Below, one piece after another: positions 9,759 through 17,264 of a stretch of DNA of 24,000 nt. The notes beneath the pieces are model-generated. The model was not told the origin of the DNA and ran no database searches. It saw only the letters and a program-made list of their open reading frames with translations. A program made the position numbers and the translations under genes. Origin of the DNA: an uncultured Methanomassiliicoccales archaeon. GTDB lineage: Archaea > Thermoplasmatota > Thermoplasmata > RBG-16-68-12 > JAJISG01. Position 1 is the first letter of the stretch. The number at the start of each line of letters is the position of its first letter. The DNA lies in the NCBI GenBank assembly GCA_964347345.1, contig CAYFYB010000005.1, positions 29,547 to 53,546 on the forward strand. Direction: 5' to 3'.

Positions 9759-10782
9759 GGTGAACCTCGATTCTCGTGAGTCCGTTCAAGGGCCCTAGCC
9801 GGAAGTCCACTCCCGTGAACTTGGTCAACAACCAGATGAGAGTCGAGGCGTGAGCAGTGACCTCCCTCACCAGGAAGGAGGAGGAACCCTGGGCCAGGGC
9901 CATGTAGGGGAGAAGCTGGTCCGCGGCGTGGACATCCATGGTGGCGCCGGCCTTCAGGTCCGCCATCAGCGCCTCCGCCGCTTTTTGACCAATGTCTTCA
10001 GCCCTCACGCCCTTCTCTGCCAGGCCTGAGGACCCTAGCAGGGCGTTCTCCGTCTCCCCCCAGAGGACAATTGCTCCACCTGGGCCCACGGCCTGGGACT
10101 GGTCGTAGACGACCTCCTCGATCTTTGCCTCCTCTAAGCTCATGAGCGACTTCAAGGCGGCCGTTTTCATCCTGTGGGCGATGTGCGCGGGAAGATTGGA
10201 GACGTGGGCTCTCCCGCCAATCTGCCGGACCTTCCCAGGCGTGAGGAGACTCAGAGGTCTGAGGGAGGCAGCGGGCTCGACCCTCACCTCGACTAGGCCG
10301 CCGCCTCGCGGATAGTATCCCCTCCTTTCGACACGCAACTCGGAGTGCACACCCATCCTCGCGAGGTGGGGTAGGAAGACGCGGGCAAAGTAATCGGCGG
10401 GGGGTGACCACTTGACGTCCGTTCCTCCCTTGATCCTCAGCTCCGTCGGGGCCTTGGCGAACGCAGCGGCTAGGAGGCAGGCCTGGAGGACCAGGGTCAC
10501 GCTCCCAGCAGTCCCCACATCGAGAGAGGCGCTCCCTCCCTTGAGGATTCCAGGTCGGAAGACGACCTCACGGGAGGAGGGAGCAAGGCCCTCCGTCTCC
10601 CCATCGCATAGGGAAGCCACCGCCCTGGCGGCGGTAATGTGCTGGCTTGAGAGACCGGGTTTCGGCCTACCTGCCCTAATGTTGACAATTCTGGCAGCCT
10701 CTCCGGTGAGGGCTGACATGGCCAAAGCCGTCCGGAAAAGCTGACCGCCACCCTCTCCATGGGAGCCATCCACCTCAATCAC
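9733..10782 (-). CDS. rtcA: RNA 3'-terminal phosphate cyclase
   Basis: IEVDGSHGEGGGQLFRTALAMSALTGEAARIVNIRAGRPKPGLSSQHI is the RtcA N-terminal signature. A GTG at 10782 is preceded by AGGAGG 7 nt upstream and gives about 349 aa, the normal size. The track's ATG at 10893 adds 37 low-complexity residues. The 3' end overlaps the convergent PAC2 gene by 26 nt. Confidence 0.88.
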   Translation of the reverse strand: MIEVDGSHGEGGGQLFRTALAMSALTGEAARIVNIRAGRPKPGLSSQHITAARAVASLCDGETEGLAPSSREVVFRPGILKGGSASLDVGTAGSVTLVLQACLLAAAFAKAPTELRIKGGTDVKWSPPADYFARVFLPHLARMGVHSELRVERRGYYPRGGGLVEVRVEPAASLRPLSLLTPGKVRQIGGRAHVSNLPAHIAHRMKTAALKSLMSLEEAKIEEVVYDQSQAVGPGGAIVLWGETENALLGSSGLAEKGVRAEDIGQKAAEALMADLKAGATMDVHAADQLLPYMALAQGSSSFLVREVTAHASTLIWLLTKFTGVDFRLGPLNGLTRIEVHPTRTSRAL

Positions 10783-10969
10783 CCAACGGCCTCCTGCCCC
10801 TCTCGAAGCCTTGCACCCATCGTTTTCCGGATTGACTCCCAGCCCTTGAAGGCCACGGTCGGCATGAGGGAAACGAGTACTATGGGGATTCACTCATCCA
10901 GGGCCAGAGGGAGAGCCCTGATAGGTGTCTACACGGTCTCTCGGGCCCGAGGCGCGCCAGCCGTCGCCC

Positions 10970-11977
10970 CTAACGTGTCTCATCCAGCCCATCCCCCTTG
11001 GAGGAAGCATCCCCTGCCTCGGGGGTCCCGCTGGCAGCCTTGGAGGTCGCGATGGCCGTGGCTTCCTCCCACCGCGTCTTGAGAACGGACGCCAGAATGG
11101 ATATCAAGAGCGCCGCGCCCACAACGGCCAGGGCGATGACCACCGGTATCTTGTAGAACTCACTGATGAGCATCTTTACCCCGACGAAGAGGAGGATCGC
11201 TGCCAGGCCGAAGTGGAGGTACCTAAACATCCGGACGACGCCGGCGATGGCGAAGTAGAGGGCTCGCAGGCCCAGGATGGCGAAGACGTTGGACGTGTAG
11301 ATGATGAAGGGATCCAAGGTGATGGCCAGAATGGCCGGAATGGAGTCCACGGCGAAGACCACGTCCGTGGTCTCCACCACTACCAAGACCACCAACAGGG
11401 GCGTGGCGTAGGTGGAGCCCGACCGCCGAACGAAGAACTTGCCGCCAACGTAGTCCTTGCTGATTGGCAGCAAACGGCGGAGCATCTTCAAGACCGGGTT
11501 CCTCTCGGGGTGGATCTCCTTCCCCTTCTCTAGGGCGATCCTCACGCTGGTTATGATGAGGATGGCCCCGAAGATGTAGATGACGAAGTGGAAGCGCTCG
11601 ATGAGGGTCACGCCCGCGGCGATGAAGGCCAGGCGCATGACCAGGGCCCCCAAGATGCCGAAGAAGAGGACCCGGTGCTCATACTCCCTGGGAACCTTGA
11701 AGTAGGTGAAGATCAGGAGGAAGACAAAGATGTTGTCCACGCTCAGGGACTTCTCTATGAGGTATCCCGTCAGGAACTCCAGGGCTGGCTGCGGGCCCAG
11801 CCAGAAGTAGAGGATGACGTTGAAGACCATGGCCAGGCCGATCCAGAAGATGGTCCAGAGGATGGCCTCCCGGGTCTTGATCACGTGGGCCTTCCTGTGG
11901 AACACGCCCAGGTCCAAGGCCAGCATAGCCAGGACGAAGATCCCAAAACCGATCCATGGAAGAAGGCCAACCACCAT
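10970..11977 (-). CDS. TerC/Alx-family integral membrane protein (putative divalent-cation, Mn2+-type, exporter)
   Basis: 335 aa, polytopic. LALDLGVFHRKAHVIKTREAILWTIFWIGLAM...EKSLSVDNIFVF...VDSIPAI matches TerC-family conserved segments. GGGAGGA lies 6 nt upstream of the ATG. Confidence 0.85.
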   Translation of the reverse strand: MVVGLLPWIGFGIFVLAMLALDLGVFHRKAHVIKTREAILWTIFWIGLAMVFNVILYFWLGPQPALEFLTGYLIEKSLSVDNIFVFLLIFTYFKVPREYEHRVLFFGILGALVMRLAFIAAGVTLIERFHFVIYIFGAILIITSVRIALEKGKEIHPERNPVLKMLRRLLPISKDYVGGKFFVRRSGSTYATPLLVVLVVVETTDVVFAVDSIPAILAITLDPFIIYTSNVFAILGLRALYFAIAGVVRMFRYLHFGLAAILLFVGVKMLISEFYKIPVVIALAVVGAALLISILASVLKTRWEEATAIATSKAASGTPEAGDASSKGDGLDETR

Positions 11978-12283
11978 TCCGGGTCCTCCCTAGACTACCG
12001 ACGGCTCACCCTCGGGCCGTCCAGCGGGGAAGCCCCGAGGTCGGTAGGACCTGGCAGACAATCACCTCGACAAAATAGCCTGGCGTCGTATATATGCCTG
12101 TGCATAGGACCTTCCCATAGGATTGCCGCCTTCCCGTCCGACGGCGGGATAGCCGGTTTCGACGGCGGCCACACCTCCTTTCCTGTCAGGTTGCACCAGT
12201 CTTTCCCCCTCGTGTGCGAATGCTGCTGTGACAGGGCTTCGCCTTGCAAGGGGATGGCTCAGGGTTTCAAATCGCGCTCAGGC
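11978..12283 (-). promoter_or_regulatory. 306-nt highly self-complementary non-coding region between the ADH stop and the TerC start; candidate structured leader or ncRNA, with an internal TATATAT box at 12089-12095
   Basis: On the minus-strand sense: helices CCUGUCA/UGACAGG, GCGAA/UUCGC, GCCGCC/GGCGGC and UAUGC-ACAG-GCAUA. A roughly 70-nt imperfect hairpin (12051..11982) has basal pairing GGUC/GACC that covers part of the GGGAGGACC Shine-Dalgarno region. The only ORF here (84 aa, W/C/H/P-rich) looks non-coding. Confidence 0.35.
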
Positions 12284-13297
12284 CTAAGGCTCCAAGACCG
12301 CCCTACCCAATATCCTACCTTCCTGCAAATCCTGTAGGACATCAGCTGCCCGCTCTAGGGGTTCCCTCCTGCTAACTACGGGCTTAAGCTTGCCCTCCCG
12401 AGACAGTTTGACGACGGATGCAAGATCACTCATTGTAGCGGAGAGGGACCCCTCTAAGGTGAGCTCTCTGGTGAGCAGCTGATGGGGATCCAAGAGGAAG
12501 GGGCGTTTCCCAACCCCGAAGACGATGGCTCTACCGCCCCTGGCCAGGAGGTCTACGTAACTCCCGCCCGTCTCCTCCGAGACGACGAAGTCGATCAACA
12601 GGTCCACCCCTTCTCCTCCGGTAAGCTCTGAGACCCTTGCCACCACACCCTCGGCAGCGTTGATGGTGGCCGATGCACCAACCCGCTTGGCCACCGCCAG
12701 CTTCTCTTCGGAGACATCCACGGCCAGCACCTCGGCTCCAGCGGCCTTTGCGATCTGCACTGCTGCGAGTCCGACGCCCCCGGTACCATAGATCAGAACC
12801 CTCTCCGTCGGTCTGACAGCACCTCGGACCACCACGGCATGGAAGGCCGTGGCTCCGCTACAGGGAAGGGTCGCCACCTCTCCAAGGTCATGATCACCGG
12901 GAAGCCTAATGACACGGTGGGCGGGCACCTGGACAAGTTGTGCGTAGCCACCGTCACAGCTCAACCCCATGGCCCTTCCGTGGGGGCACAGGTTCTCCCT
13001 GCCAGACATGCAGTAACGACATGTCCCGCAAGGGACCTCGAAGTGGACCACGACGGGATCCCCCTCTGTCAGGCCCACCACGCCGGGACCGACTTCGTGG
13101 ATCTGACCCGCCATCTCGTGTCCGAGGACAATGTCACCAATTCTCCCGGCTCTAACATCTTCCAGCACGTGGAGGTCAGTGTGGCAGACACCAGCTGCTT
13201 GGATGCGAACGACTACTTCGTCGCTGGACGCTCGCGGGTCTTCCCGCTCCACCAGCCGCGGCCACTCCCATTGCCTTGAGGCTAGGGCGACCTTCAT
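12284..13297 (-). CDS. zinc-dependent alcohol dehydrogenase (medium-chain dehydrogenase/reductase family)
   Basis: 337 aa. Catalytic-zinc motifs GVCHTDLH and GHEMAGQIHEVG, structural-zinc cluster CGTCRYCMSGRENLC, Rossmann motif YGTGGVGLAAVQIA. Confidence 0.9.
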   Translation of the reverse strand: MKVALASRQWEWPRLVEREDPRASSDEVVVRIQAAGVCHTDLHVLEDVRAGRIGDIVLGHEMAGQIHEVGPGVVGLTEGDPVVVHFEVPCGTCRYCMSGRENLCPHGRAMGLSCDGGYAQLVQVPAHRVIRLPGDHDLGEVATLPCSGATAFHAVVVRGAVRPTERVLIYGTGGVGLAAVQIAKAAGAEVLAVDVSEEKLAVAKRVGASATINAAEGVVARVSELTGGEGVDLLIDFVVSEETGGSYVDLLARGGRAIVFGVGKRPFLLDPHQLLTRELTLEGSLSATMSDLASVVKLSREGKLKPVVSRREPLERAADVLQDLQEGRILGRAVLEP

Positions 13298-13300
13298 ACT

Positions 13301-13501
13301 TCAATCACCCCTCTCACCTCGCACGAAATCCAGATGCAGCTTGAGGAAGAGGATGGAGAAGGCCAGCATGATCCCTCCCGACCCCGCAATTGCAGGGAAA
13401 GGGGCCGGGTTGTCGGGGCTGAAGGAGGCTGCGACTAGCAGGATGCCGGTGATTGCCGTCAGTGCTGAGGCCAGAAGCTGCCAAGTAGGTGTCCCGGGCA
13501 T
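13301..13501 (-). CDS. small two-helix membrane protein (66 aa), hypothetical
   Basis: AGGAG lies 5 nt upstream of the ATG. There are two hydrophobic segments (LLASALTAITGILLVAA and GGIMLAFSILFL). The stop is 3 nt from the ADH start, suggesting co-transcription. Confidence 0.5.
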   Translation of the reverse strand: MPGTPTWQLLASALTAITGILLVAASFSPDNPAPFPAIAGSGGIMLAFSILFLKLHLDFVRGERGD

Positions 13502-13749
13502 GTCGCTCCTTTGGGAGTGTGTTCGAACGATAAAGAGGTTGCCGACCTATGTGCTCGGACCGCTACAGAGGTTGTGCGATGAGGGAAGCCGGTCCGTGTG
13601 ATCTTCATCTCCATACACCCCTTAGCGCAGCCTGCTGAAAACCCTGTCCGTACGAGTATTTACTTCCCATGCAATAGAGACATATACCTGCGTATTCTAA
13701 GTGAGCCTTTGCTATACACAAGTAAACCTTGCCAAGGAAGGTAATCGGA

Positions 13750-15453
13750 ATGAGGGGGGCATTGCTTCTTAGTCTGGGCCTTTGCGTTGCGCTCGTCGCC
13801 TCTTTTGCGTCATCTGCTTTTCTGACATCCGCAACCGCAAAGGCTAGCGTCCTGCACGATGTCTATCATGATGGGGATTCGGAGAGTCAATGGGTCGAGA
13901 TGAGCCTCGATCCGGAATGTTATCCTTTCACCACTGCAAAGCTTCACACACACATCTCTTGGACCGACCATGTTGTATACCACCTAGCGAGCGACGCTCG
14001 TGGAGGCTACCACGTCAGCCTCCGATTCAACCATCACTACAGCCTCAAGGGCCAGATATGGTTGTACGATTCTGAGAGCGAGAAGTGGGTAGATGGAGGT
14101 CGCTCATCGTTGTCAATTTCCAGCAGAGAAAGTATCAAAGCCCATGTCGCGGAAGAGGAGCTGAAACAAGGTCTGTGGTACTGGACCGAGAGAAAGGCGG
14201 TTAGCGCAAGCTCCTTCAACCCATGTACGAAGGAATGGGAGGTAAGAGAGCATACTTTTGAGGTGCGCTATCTCCTCAAGTTCTCGAAGGGAGAAATCCA
14301 GTTCCTAAAGGTCCTGAAATCGCCCGTGCGTCTGACCGGTGTGGTCTATGATCGAGGCGTGGACACGGACGGTGATGGCACCTATGACTACCTGGAGATA
14401 GGGGTTGGGGTCAAGGTCGACGTCCCAGGATTCTACTACATTGTCATAAGTGATCTGCGAGATGGCGACTACAACTACATCCGCATCACAGGCACTCAAT
14501 GGCTATACCTCGATGCGGGGTCACACGTAGTGGACCTCACCTTGTATGGCCCCCGCATACGCGGATCTGGCATCGACCCCTCCCACATCGGGGGGATAAC
14601 GGCAAACTACTACGATCCTGTCTGGGGTGGGTCTGCATTTGATAGCCTGACCGATATCCCCCTCTCCAGGACGTATCTTCATACTGAGTTCGATGCACCA
14701 GGGGCACCGACCATCAGCATCATCTCGGACCGAGGCATCGACACTGATAACAACGGATTCTACAACTATCTGGAAATAGGCGTCGAGGTCCGGGTCGACG
14801 TGGATGGGGTCTACAGGGTCATGTTGGACGGGCTTACAGATGACGCAGGGAACCTCATATGGACTGTGTCAATAGCGGGAGATTACCTGAGGGAGGGGAC
14901 GAACGTTCTCTACCTGGTGATAGACGGTCAGACGATCTACTACTCAGGCATCGACCCGAGTCGCGTTGCATCCCTCACACTAACTGACCCGGATGGGGAG
15001 GAGATCAGCCTCAGAGATGTGCCTCTCTCAAGGACGTATCTCCACACAGAGTTCGAAGCGCCACCGCCTCCTCCGCCTCCCACGGCGGCCCTAACCGGCT
15101 TCACAACGGATCGCGGTGTTGACACGGATGGGAACGGGCTATACAACTATCTGGAAATAGGTGTCGAGGTCCGGGTCGACGAGGCTGGATACTACAATGT
15201 CATTCTCTACTGGCTGCTTGACGAAGTGGGGAACTGGATATGGGTGTGGGGCAGCGACTCCGCCTATCTCGACGTCGGAACACAGTTCATATACCTCAGG
15301 CTAGACGGGTCAACTATTCGCGCCGAGGGCCTCAATCCAGCGTATATTTGGTGGATAAGTTTGTACGATGAGAACTGGAACCCTCAGGGTTCTCTTGAGC
15401 ATATCCCGTTGTCGCAGACGTACCTCTACACCGACTTCGAGGAGCCGCCATAA
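13750..15453 (+). CDS. secreted or cell-surface protein of unknown family: signal peptide, His-rich N-domain, then three tandem ~126-aa modules with DxDxDG calcium-binding-like motifs
   Basis: ATG 13750 is preceded by aaGGAAGGtaatcgga. N-terminus MRGALLLSLGLCVALVASFASSAFLTSATAKA is signal-peptide-like. Modules start DRGVDTDGDGTYDYLEIGVGVKVD, DRGIDTDNNGFYNYLEIGVEVRVD and DRGVDTDGNGLYNYLEIGVEVRVD, and end (I/V)PLS(R/Q)TYL(H/Y)T(E/D)F(D/E). A Pro7 linker separates modules 2 and 3. Confidence 0.8.
   Translation: MRGALLLSLGLCVALVASFASSAFLTSATAKASVLHDVYHDGDSESQWVEMSLDPECYPFTTAKLHTHISWTDHVVYHLASDARGGYHVSLRFNHHYSLKGQIWLYDSESEKWVDGGRSSLSISSRESIKAHVAEEELKQGLWYWTERKAVSASSFNPCTKEWEVREHTFEVRYLLKFSKGEIQFLKVLKSPVRLTGVVYDRGVDTDGDGTYDYLEIGVGVKVDVPGFYYIVISDLRDGDYNYIRITGTQWLYLDAGSHVVDLTLYGPRIRGSGIDPSHIGGITANYYDPVWGGSAFDSLTDIPLSRTYLHTEFDAPGAPTISIISDRGIDTDNNGFYNYLEIGVEVRVDVDGVYRVMLDGLTDDAGNLIWTVSIAGDYLREGTNVLYLVIDGQTIYYSGIDPSRVASLTLTDPDGEEISLRDVPLSRTYLHTEFEAPPPPPPPTAALTGFTTDRGVDTDGNGLYNYLEIGVEVRVDEAGYYNVILYWLLDEVGNWIWVWGSDSAYLDVGTQFIYLRLDGSTIRAEGLNPAYIWWISLYDENWNPQGSLEHIPLSQTYLYTDFEEPP
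14335..15450 (+). repeat. three tandem coding repeats, period 378-381 nt, inside the secreted-protein gene
   Basis: Module DRG codons begin at 14350, 14728 and 15109. Copies 2 and 3 share a near-identical ~40-nt stretch: (c/a)tacaactatctggaaatagg(c/t)gtcgaggtccgggtcgacg at about 14761 and 15141. The module ends are also similar (ctctc(c/a)aggacgtatct...gagttcga). Confidence 0.85.
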
Positions 15454-15478
15454 GATCTCCTGATCCTCTCTGGAGTAA

Positions 15479-15550
15479 TGCGGCCGCCGGGATTCGAACC
15501 CGGGCTAGAGGCTTGGGAAGCCTCGGTCCTAACCGCTAGACTACGGCCGC
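15479..15550 (-). tRNA. tRNA-Gly (anticodon CCC)
   Basis: The reverse complement GCGGCCGUAGUCUAGCGGUUAGGACCGAGGCUUCCCAAGCCUCUAGCCCGGGUUCGAAUCCCGGCGGCCGCA folds as a cloverleaf. Acceptor GCGGCCG/CGGCCGC, D-stem GUCU/GGAC, anticodon stem GAGGC/GCCUC with loop UUCCCAA, T-arm CCGGG-UUCGAAU-CCCGG, discriminator A. No encoded CCA and no intron. Confidence 0.93.
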
Positions 15551-15574
15551 TCAGATTCCTAAGACTACATGGAC

Positions 15575-15582
15575 TATCTAAG
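15575..15582 (-). promoter_or_regulatory. TATA-like box (CTTAGATA) at -32..-25 of tRNA-Gly
   Basis: The position relative to the mature tRNA 5' end (15550) fits archaeal promoter spacing. The sequence match to the consensus is only moderate. Confidence 0.3.
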
Positions 15583-15687
15583 GCTTAAGGAGGAGACCTA
15601 AAAGGCTCTCAGAGAGATGATGCTGGGCCAAGAAGGTCACGCCTCCAACGGGACCCTACATGCGATGAAACTCACGCCTCACTCCGA

Positions 15688-15942
15688 CTACTTAATGGTC
15701 TCCAGTTGACTGATAATATTCCAGATCAGGGTCCTCCCATGCAGGGGTATGTTGGGGTCATTGGCCAACTCGTCCAGGATGAATATCGCGCTAGCCACAC
15801 GGACGTCCAGGGCGTCTCCCTCTTTCAGTAGCAACTCCTTAGCGTTTAGCGCACCACCCCTGATGTTTCTGGGAACGGAGGTGTCCTCTGCCAGCTGGCC
15901 GAGGACCTCCAAGACCTGTTTGAGCTTCTCCTCAATCTCCAT
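15688..15942 (-). CDS. UPF0147-family protein (conserved archaeal small helical protein)
   Basis: 84 aa. L..L..D.SVPRNIR..A......L......D....A.A...L.E...DPN(I/M)P.H.RT.IW..IS.LE matches my recollection of the UPF0147 signature. Confidence 0.75.
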   Translation of the reverse strand: MEIEEKLKQVLEVLGQLAEDTSVPRNIRGGALNAKELLLKEGDALDVRVASAIFILDELANDPNIPLHGRTLIWNIISQLETIK

Positions 15943-15982
15943 AGAGCACTCCCCTCATTCTCTAGAGTCATGAAGGCTGAGG

Positions 15983-16288
15983 TCACTTCCTTACTCCGCC
16001 CTCCTTGTACGTCGTGACGACCATTAAGGTTTTGGTGTCCTTTATGCCAGGTATCGGGGCCAGGGAACCCACGACGAAATCCTTGAGACCCCGGTAGTCC
16101 TTGAAGCGGGCCTTGGCGATGAGGTCGGTATCGCCGGTCACGAGGAACAGGTCTTCAATGGCATCGAACTTTGCAATCTCCGCAGCGATCTTGTCCGCCT
16201 CCTTGGTGTCCACCTTCAAGGTTATGATGGCGGCGACCTGCTCCGCCCCATAGTAGGAAGACATCACCTTCTCCATTTCTTGAGCCAT
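15983..16288 (-). CDS. stand-alone Lrp/AsnC-type ligand-binding (RAM) domain protein
   Basis: 101 aa from ATG 16288 (MAQEMEKVMSSYYG...). AAIITLKVDTKEADKIAAEIAKFDAIEDLFLVTGDTDLIAKARFKDYRGLKDFVV..L..IPGIKDTKTLMV is the beta-alpha-beta-beta-alpha-beta RAM pattern, with no HTH domain. The track's 190-aa version extends into the 3' end of the neighbouring gene with non-protein-like sequence. Confidence 0.7.
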   Translation of the reverse strand: MAQEMEKVMSSYYGAEQVAAIITLKVDTKEADKIAAEIAKFDAIEDLFLVTGDTDLIAKARFKDYRGLKDFVVGSLAPIPGIKDTKTLMVVTTYKEGGVRK

Positions 16289-16380
16289 GAAACCACGAAG
16301 ACTGATTTTTTCGGCAGTATTAACGTTTTCAGTTGAGATCCTTCTCCGCAGCTTACCCGCGGGGGACCTGAACAATCGCC

Positions 16381-17184
16381 TTACCCAGCAGCAGGCGGGA
16401 CAGCTTTCACGACTGCTCCACACTTCCGGCAGAAGCTGTCGTCTTCCCCGATCTGAACACCGCATTCCGGACACATCAGCTGACCCTGCAATCGAGCCCC
16501 GCACTTGCCACAGAAAGTGTCCTCGGGAGAGACTGGGAACCCACAACCAGGACATCCACCTTTCTCCTGCTCCAAGGGAGCTTCCTCTCCTTTCAAGAGT
16601 TTCTTGCAGGACACCGCAATGCTCACGGCCTCGCCGTATCTCTTCTCATCGAAGGCGGCCTTGGCCTCCTTCATGAGTTTCTTCACCTCCTTCGTCTCCG
16701 GAGAGGAGGCTTTCTTCTTCTTCAGAGAATCCTTCACCACGCTCATCAGAAACTTGGCCTGGAGGTAATTCTTGGGGAACTCCTTACCTTGGATAGGCCT
16801 AGACTCGGGGAGCTCAAGCTCCTCTTCAACGACGGCTGGCTCTGATGGCTCCTCATCCTGCCTCATCTGCTCCAGGAGTCCCCGAGCTTCGAGGGCAATC
16901 CGTTCCACTTCTCGGTGTCTGCCCTCGTAGTAGGCCTGGCGGGCCTCCTCAAGTAGTTCCGCGGCCCTGACGTTCTCGAACCCCTTAGCCTCCATTCCCC
17001 TAGATATGGCCTCGGTGGTGATGAGGGTATTGTAGGCCCTGTCAGGAATGAACTCCTCTCCCCTGGCCTCCTTACCTCTTTTGATTCTTGATCTGGCAAA
17101 TCCCAAAGCGGCCAGGAGGACGACGAGAGATACTATGGCGGTGATGAGGGGTACGAGGGTCGAGCCCAGGATATCCTCGGCCAT
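16381..17184 (-). CDS. membrane-anchored protein with helical repeat region and C-terminal double zinc ribbon
   Basis: 267 aa. N-terminal TM helix LVPLITAIVSLVVLLAALGFA. Two helical A/E/K-rich modules, each with an (E/K)A..A(Y/F)(Y/D)E(G/K)R(H/Y).E(V/A) core. C-terminus CPGC..x..CGKC and CPEC..x..CRKC. Confidence 0.65.
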   Translation of the reverse strand: MAEDILGSTLVPLITAIVSLVVLLAALGFARSRIKRGKEARGEEFIPDRAYNTLITTEAISRGMEAKGFENVRAAELLEEARQAYYEGRHREVERIALEARGLLEQMRQDEEPSEPAVVEEELELPESRPIQGKEFPKNYLQAKFLMSVVKDSLKKKKASSPETKEVKKLMKEAKAAFDEKRYGEAVSIAVSCKKLLKGEEAPLEQEKGGCPGCGFPVSPEDTFCGKCGARLQGQLMCPECGVQIGEDDSFCRKCGAVVKAVPPAAG

Positions 17185-17264
17185 CGCATCGCCATTCGAG
17201 GGTCTTCAAAAAAACGTATCGGCCTCAGAATCGGCAAGAAAAATGAGGGGACGAGCCAGGGACT

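Noticed and set aside
11995-12249. 84-aa ORF (minus strand) inside the ADH-TerC spacer.
   Set aside because: The composition (W, C, H, P, R-rich: ...HSHTRGKDWCNLTGKEVWPPSKP...) is not protein-like. There is no SD or start context. It coincides with the densely base-paired region.
11978-12283. Identity as RNase P RNA or SRP (7S) RNA.
   Set aside because: The fragments resemble RNase P elements only loosely (GGGGGAAAGACUGG vs GAGGAAAGUCCGG; GGUGCAAC...ACAGGAAAGG vs UGC(A/C)ACAGAAA). There is no ACAGAA-NNN-GGCUUA P4 3' strand and no GGUAAGAGC element. For SRP there is no CC-GGAA-GG/AGCA helix-8 motif and no UGUAAC Alu-loop motif. The resemblance is insufficient without a covariance-model search.
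10925-12337. 202-aa and 249-aa plus-strand ORFs (10925-11533 and 11588-12337).
   Set aside because: Antisense to the TerC membrane-protein gene. The products are highly charged, D/E/G/Q/H-rich mirror translations of a hydrophobic protein.
13519-13531. GTGTTCGAACGAT as a possible attachment-site remnant matching the tRNA-Gly T-arm (GGATTCGAACCCGG).
   Set aside because: Only the 7-nt palindrome TTCGAAC is shared. No integrase gene is present and no longer direct repeat is visible. This is insufficient to call an integrated element boundary.
15610-15687. Possible C/D-box sRNA between tRNA-Gly and the UPF0147 gene (AUGAUGC ... CGAUGAAA ... CUCCGA).
   Set aside because: Every box deviates from consensus (RUGAUGA/CUGA). 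No proper D' box lies at the expected ~12-nt spacing, and there is no terminal stem. Most likely chance.
16289-16555. The 190-aa version of the RAM-domain ORF extending upstream to 16555.
   Set aside because: The extra 89 residues (W/C/R/S-rich) overlap the zinc-ribbon gene's 3' end in another frame. The conserved RAM domain begins at the internal ATG 16288, which has a TATA-like GTTAATA about 35 nt upstream.
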